NCBI RefSeq assembly: GCF_009914755.1
Contig: NC_060929.1
DNA length: 64,000 bases
Reading direction: 5' to 3' (one strand)
Origin: the human T2T-CHM13v2.0 reference genome, Homo sapiens
Positions 57,753 through 64,000 of the stretch are shown here, one piece after another (within the stretch, counting starts at the first letter, position 1; the number at the start of each line of letters is the position of its first letter). Position numbers and translations under genes: made by a program. The notes under the pieces were generated by a model that saw only the letters and a program-made list of their open reading frames with translations, was not told where the DNA came from and did not search any database.

Positions 57753-59069
57753 TTCTTTCACTTTTGCTGTGGATAGCTTTGGCTATTTTGGGTCTTTTTT
57801 GGTTCCGTATAAATTTTAGGATTTTGTTTTTCTATTTCTGTGAAGAATGTCATTGGTATTTTGACGGGGATTACATCTAATATGTAGATTTCTTGGGGTA
57901 GTTTGGACACTTTAACAATATTGATTCTTCCAATCCTTGAACACAGAACATTTTCCCATTTTCAGTGTCCTCTTCAATTTCTTTCATCAGTGTTTTATAG
58001 TTTTCATTATAGAGATCTTTCACTTCTTTGGTTAATTCCTAGATATTTAATTTTATGTGTTACTACTGTAAATGATATTACTTTTTTGTTTTCTTTTTTC
58101 AGATTGTTCACTGTTGGCATATAGAAATGCTAGTGATTTTTGTATGTTGATTTTGTATCCTGTAACATTGCTTATTTTGTTTATCAGTTCTAATAGTTTT
58201 TTTTTGGAGTCTTTAGATTTTTCTAAATTTAAGACAATATCATCTGCAAGCAAGGATAATTTGACTTCTTCCTTTCCAATTTGGATGCTTTTAATGTATT
58301 TCCCTTGTCTGATTGCCCTAGCTAAGGCTTCCAGTAGTATGTTGAGTACCAGTGGTGATGGTGGGCATCCTTGTTTTTTCCAGATCTTACAGAAAAGTCT
58401 TTTAGTTTTTCCCCATTCAATATGACACTAGCTGTAGGTCTGTCATTTATGGCCTTTATTAGGTTGAGTTATGTTCCTTCTATCCCCAGTTTTTTTAGGG
58501 TTTTATCATGGAGGGGTGTTGAATTTTATCAAATGCTTTTTCACCATCAATTGAAATGATCATATGATTTTTATCATTCATTCAGTTGATGAAATGTGTC
58601 ACATTGATTGATTTGTGTATGTTGAAGCATACTTGCATCCCAGGGATAAATCTCACTTGGTCATGATGAATGGTCTTTCTAATGTATTGTTTAATTATAT
58701 TTGCTAGTATTTTGTTAAGGATTTTTGCATCAATATTCACCAGAGATATTAGCTTGTAGTTTTTTTTTGATGTGTCCTTGTTTGGTTTTAGTAATCAGGG
58801 TAATAATGTCTTTGTAGAATGAGTTTGGAACTATTTCTTCCTCTTTTTTTGTATATTTTAGAATAGTATGAATAGGATCAGTATTAATTCTTCTTTAAAT
58901 ATTTGGTAGAATTCAGCAGTGAAGCCATTGGATCTCAGGCTTTTCTTTGCTGGAAGACTTTTTATTACAACTTCAATTTGTTACTTCTTATTTTCTATTT
59001 AGATTTTGTATTTCTTCCTGGAGCAGTCTTGGTAAGTTTTATATGTCTAGAGATTTGTCATTTTCTTCC

Positions 59070-59355
59070 TTTTTTAACTTTTATTTTAAGTTCAGGGGTA
59101 TATGTGCAGGTTTGTCACATAGGTAAACTTGCCTCTTGGGGGTTTGTTGTACAGATTATTACAGGTATTAAGCCTAGTATCTATTATTTTTCCTGATCCT
59201 TTCCTTCTTCCTACCCTTCACCCTCCAACAGGCCCCAGTGTGTTTTTCTTCTCTTTGTGTCCACATGTTCTCATCATTTAGCTTCTACTTATTAGTGAGA
59301 GCATGTGGTATTTGGTTTTCTGTTCCCACTTTAGTTTGCTGAGGATAATGGCCTC
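59070..59355 (-). mobile_element. Older L1PA (approx. PA11-PA16) short 3' end nested in L1MA2
   Basis: aacttttattttaagttcaggggtatatgtgcaggtttg...gctgaggataatggcctc; host ORF2 resumes on both sides. Confidence 0.82.
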
Positions 59356-62300
59356 TTTCAGATTTTCCAACTTATTGGCATATAGTTGCTGGTAGTAGCC
59401 ACTGATGATCCTTTGAATTTCTGAAGTATGAGTTGTAATGTCTCTTCAGTTCTGATTTTATTTATTTGGATATTCTCTTTTTTCTTAGTTAGTCTGGCTA
59501 AATATTTGTCCATTGTGTTTAACTTCTCAAAAAACCAACTTTTTGTTTCATTGGTCTTTTGTATTGTTTTGTTCATTTCAGTTTCATTTATTTCTGCTCT
59601 GATTTTTATTTCTTTTCTTCTACTAATGTTGGATTTGGCTTGTTTTTGCTTTTCTAGCTCTTTAAGATTCATCATTAGATTATTTATTTGAAGTATTTTC
59701 TTCTATTTTTTGATGTAGGTACTTACAGGTATAAACTTCCCTTCTAGTATTGCTTTTGCTGTATCCCACAGGTTTTGCTATATTGTGTTTCCACTGTCCC
59801 TTGTTTCAAGAAAGTTTTCAATTTCCCTTTTAATTTCTTCATTGAACCACTGGTCATTCAGAAGCACATTGTTTAATTGTCATGTATAATTTCCAAAATT
59901 TCTGTTGTTATTAATTGCTAGTTTTATTTTATGTGGTCAGAAAAGATGCTTGATATTATTTCAATTTGTTTGGAATGTTTTAATATTTTTTGTAACATAA
60001 CATATGGTTTATTCTTGAGAATAATTCATGTGCTGAGGAAAAGTGTGTATTCTGCATCCATTGGATGAAATGTTCTGTAAATATTTATTAGATCCCTTTG
60101 GTCTTTAGTGGAGATTAAATATGATGCTTTTTTGATGATTTTCTGTCTGGAATATTTGTCCCATGTGGAAAGTAAGGTGTTAAAGTCTCCAACTTTTCTT
60201 GTATTGGGGTCTCTCTCTTTACCTCTAATAATATTTCCTTTATACATCTGTGTGCTCCAGTGTTGGGTGAATATATATTTAAAATTGTTATATCCACTTG
60301 ATGAATTGACCCCTCTATCATTATATGGTAATCTCCTTTGTTTTTTCTTATAGTTTTTATCTTGAAGTCTATTTTGTCTGATCTTAGCATAGTGACTTCT
60401 GCTCTTTTCTGGTTTCCGTTAGCATGGAATATCTTTTTCCATCCCTTTGTGTTTAGTCTATGTATGTATGTCTTTATAGGTGAAGTGTGTTTCTTGTAGG
60501 CAACAGATTAATGTGTCATGTTTTTTCATCCATTTAGCCACTCTGTCTTTTAAATGGAGAATTCAGTCAGTTACATTCAATGTTACTATTAATAAACAAG
60601 GACTTACTCCTGCCATTTTGTTAGTTGCTTATTAATTGTTTTTGTTGTCTTCTTTCCCTTCTTTTTTCTCCCTGTCTTCTTTTAGTAAAGGTGATTTTCT
60701 CTGGTGATATAATTTAATTTCTCACTTTTTACTTATTGTGTGTCCATTGTACATTTTTGGTTTGAAAGTACCATGAGGCTTTAAAATACTATCTTATAAC
60801 CCATTACTTTAACCTGATACCAACTTAACACTGCATAAACAAAGAAGCAAAAAGAAAACTAATAAGAACTACTGCCTTTACTTCATCTCCCCCAGTTTTA
60901 ATCTTTTTGTTGTTTCTATTTATTTATATCTTGTTGTACTGATTGTGTCTTGAAAAGTCGTTGTAGTTACTGTTTGTAATTGGTTCATTGCTTAGTGTTT
61001 CTGCTTAGGATAAGAATACTTTACACACCACAGTTACAATGTTATAATATTCTGTGTATTTCTATATACTATCAGCATTGAGTTTTGTACCTTAAGGCGA
61101 TTACTTATTACTCACTAATGTACTTTTTTTCTGATTGAAGTACTCCCTTTAGCACTTCTTATAGTTCTGGTATTGATGAAGTTCCTCAGCTTTTGTTTTT
61201 CTGGAAATGGCTTTATTTCTCCTTCATGTTTGAAGGAAATTTTTGCCTGGTATACTATTGTAAGGTAATTTTTTTTCTTCCACACTTTAAATATGTCATG
61301 CCACTCTCTCCTGGCCTGTAAGGTTTCCACTGAGAAGTCTCTGCCAGATGTATTGGAGCTCCATTATATGTTATCTGCTTCTTTTATGTCGCTACTGTTA
61401 GGATCCTTTCTTTATCCTTGATCTTTGGGAATTTGATTATTAACTCCCTTGAGGTAGTCTTCTTTGTGAAAATCTTCTTGGTGTTCTATCACCTTCTTAT
61501 ACTTAGATATTGATATCTTTCTTTAGGTTTGGGATGTTTTCTGTTATCATTGCTTTGAATAAACTTTCTACCCCCATTTCTTTCTCTATCTCCTCCGTAG
61601 GGCCAATAACTTTTAGATTTGCCACTTTGAAGCTATTTTTTAGATCCTATAGGTGTGCTTCATTGTGTTTTATTTTTTTCTTCTATCTTCTGTGATTGTG
61701 TATTTTCAACTAGCCTATCTTCACGCTCACTGATTCTTTCTTCTGCTTCATCAATTCTGCTATTAAAGGACTCTGATGAATTCTTCAGTATGCCAATTGC
61801 ATTTTTCACTCAGAGATTCGGCTTGATTCTTTTTAATTATTCCAATCTCTTTCTTAAATTTATCTCATAGGATTCTGAATTCCTTTTCTGTGTTATACTA
61901 AATTTCTTTGAATTTCCTCAATACAGCTATTTTGAATTCTCTGTCTGAAAGCTCACATGTCTCTGTTTATGCCAGGTTGGTCCCTGATGCCTTTTCAGTT
62001 CATTTTGTGAGGTCACAATTTCCTAAATAGTGTTGGTTCTAGTAGATGTTCCTCCATGACTAGACATTAAAGGGTTAGTTATTTATTATGGTCTTCACTG
62101 GACTTATTTGTTGCTATCCTTCTTGGGATGGCTTTCCAGATATTTGAAAGGACTGCTTTAGATACCCCAAGAACCTCTATGAGTACCTCCATGAGACTGC
62201 AAGAACACCCCAAGCCCAGTTGTTCTTGCAGACTCATAAAAGTACCACTTTAATGATCTTGGATGAGATTCAGGAGAATTCTCTGGATTACCAGGCAAAG

Positions 62301-64000
62301 ACTCTTGTTCTATTCCCTTACTTTTACCCAAACATACAGAGTCTCCCTTTGTTCTAAGCCATCTAAGGCTAGGGGTGGAGTGACAAAACCACCCTTTTGT
62401 CCATCACCACTGTGACTGTGCTGAGTGAGACCTGAAGCTAGAATAGCTCTGGGTCTTGTCCAAGGCCTACCGTAACCACTCTCTGGCTACTGCTTATGTT
62501 CACTCGGAGCCCTGGAGCTCTACAGTTAGCAGATGGCAAAGCCATGCAAGCCTGTTTCCTTCCCTTCAGGATAGTGAAGTCTCCCAGGACCCAGATGGGT
62601 CCAGAGGTGCCATCTAGGAATCAGGGACTAGAATAAAAACTGTAGAAGCCTACCTGGTATTCTATCGTATTGCAGCCGAGCTGGCACTCAAACCATAAGA
62701 TGCAGTCCTTCTCACTCTTCCCTCCACTTTCCAAAGGCAGAGGAACCTCGCTTCATAGCCACCACCACTCCAGGCCACAGGGAATACTACAAGACTACCT
62801 CTAATGTTCCTTTAAGTCCCAGTGGCTCTTAAGCCAGCTTGTCATGAATGGTAGCTGGCCTGGGACTCACCCTTCAGGGCAGTGGGCTCCCCTCTGGCTC
62901 AGGGCAGGTCCAGAAATGCAATCCAAAAGTCAAATCCTAGAGTCAGGGACTCCCTTCCTGTGGCCATGCTGGTACCAGAAGCAAGTAAGTCTCATAGGCT
63001 CACCCAAGGCCCTCAGCATGGTATCTGGGTATTACTGCTGGTTATTCAGTGTCCAAGGGCTCTTCAGTTAGCAGTTGATAAATGCTGCCAGGACTGGATC
63101 CTTTTCCTTGAAGATAGTGGGTTCCCTTCGGGCCCAGAACATGTCTAGATATGCCATCCAGGAGCTAGGAAACATGGGCCTCACAACTATGGCTGATGCC
63201 CTATCCAGATGATAGCTGGTATCAAAGTGGATAATCTGGTATCCAAGTCTTCCCCACTCTTCCCTCCTTTCTCATGTGAAAGGAAGGGATGGAGGTGTGA
63301 GCTGTGCAGCCTTGGGTTGGGGGAGGAAGGGTGATGTCAGTACTTCCTTAGCCACCCCAGCTGGTGTCTCAGTAGTTCACATGCCCCCACAAACTACTGT
63401 CTCTGAGCCTAGTTCTGCACTAGGACCTGTCTAAATGTTGCAGTCTCTATGGTCTAGACTGACTTTCAAGTTTATTTGGAGACACAGAGCACTGTAGCCC
63501 ATGGTGATGAGGTTTTTTGGGATTGGCAATTTCCCTCTGGCCAGAGCTGGTTTAAATGCTCCCTCTCTGGGTGGGCATCAGCTGAGTTTGATCTGGTTTT
63601 CCTTTCTGCTTTAACAGAACAGCACTGAGTTTAGTGCCTCACAATTGCTGTGTTCTCCTTCCCCCTGCACCCAGAGAGGCTCTCTGCACTACACAGCTGC
63701 ACTGCTGTGGAAGGTCGGGGAGCAAGAAGGGGAGGGATCCACAATTTAGAACTGTTTTTTCTATTTCTTCAGTGCTTCTTTCAGTGATGTTGAGATAAAG
63801 CCAGGTACTATGAGGGCTTATCTGATTTTTGGTTCTTCTAAAGGTGTTTTTTTGTGTAGATAGTTGTTAAATTGGTGTCCTTGAGAGCGGGGGCAGAGAA
63901 GATAAGTGGAACCTTCTATTCCATCATCTTGCTCCACTTCTCCAAGAAGCTGTGAAACTTTGCTGCAAGAAATTTTAAAAAGCATAAATAAATGTAGAGA

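Overview
Catarrhine primate (most likely human or other ape) AT-rich, CpG-poor non-coding DNA, intergenic or deep intronic, dominated by interspersed repeats. I recognise no host protein-coding gene, tRNA, rRNA or CRISPR array. Recognisable ORFs in the six-frame track derive from L1, Alu, MaLR or microsatellites, and the rest look like chance frames. Contents: 11 Alus (J, S, Y), many L1 fragments, a near-complete THE1D MaLR provirus, several solo MST/MLT LTRs, MIR/L2 relics and one MADE1 MITE. The most notable structures are two 5'-inverted (twin-primed) L1PA4-like insertions with TSDs, and a full-length ancient L1MA2-like element nested in an older L1 and itself hosting two younger L1s. Also notable: a MADE1 hairpin with the same substitution in both arms, an intact DUX4-type motif in only one THE1D LTR, and several fold-back or templated-insertion scars. 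I found no evidence of a genuinely novel biological system. Subfamily calls come from recalled consensus sequences, and boundaries of old repeats are approximate.
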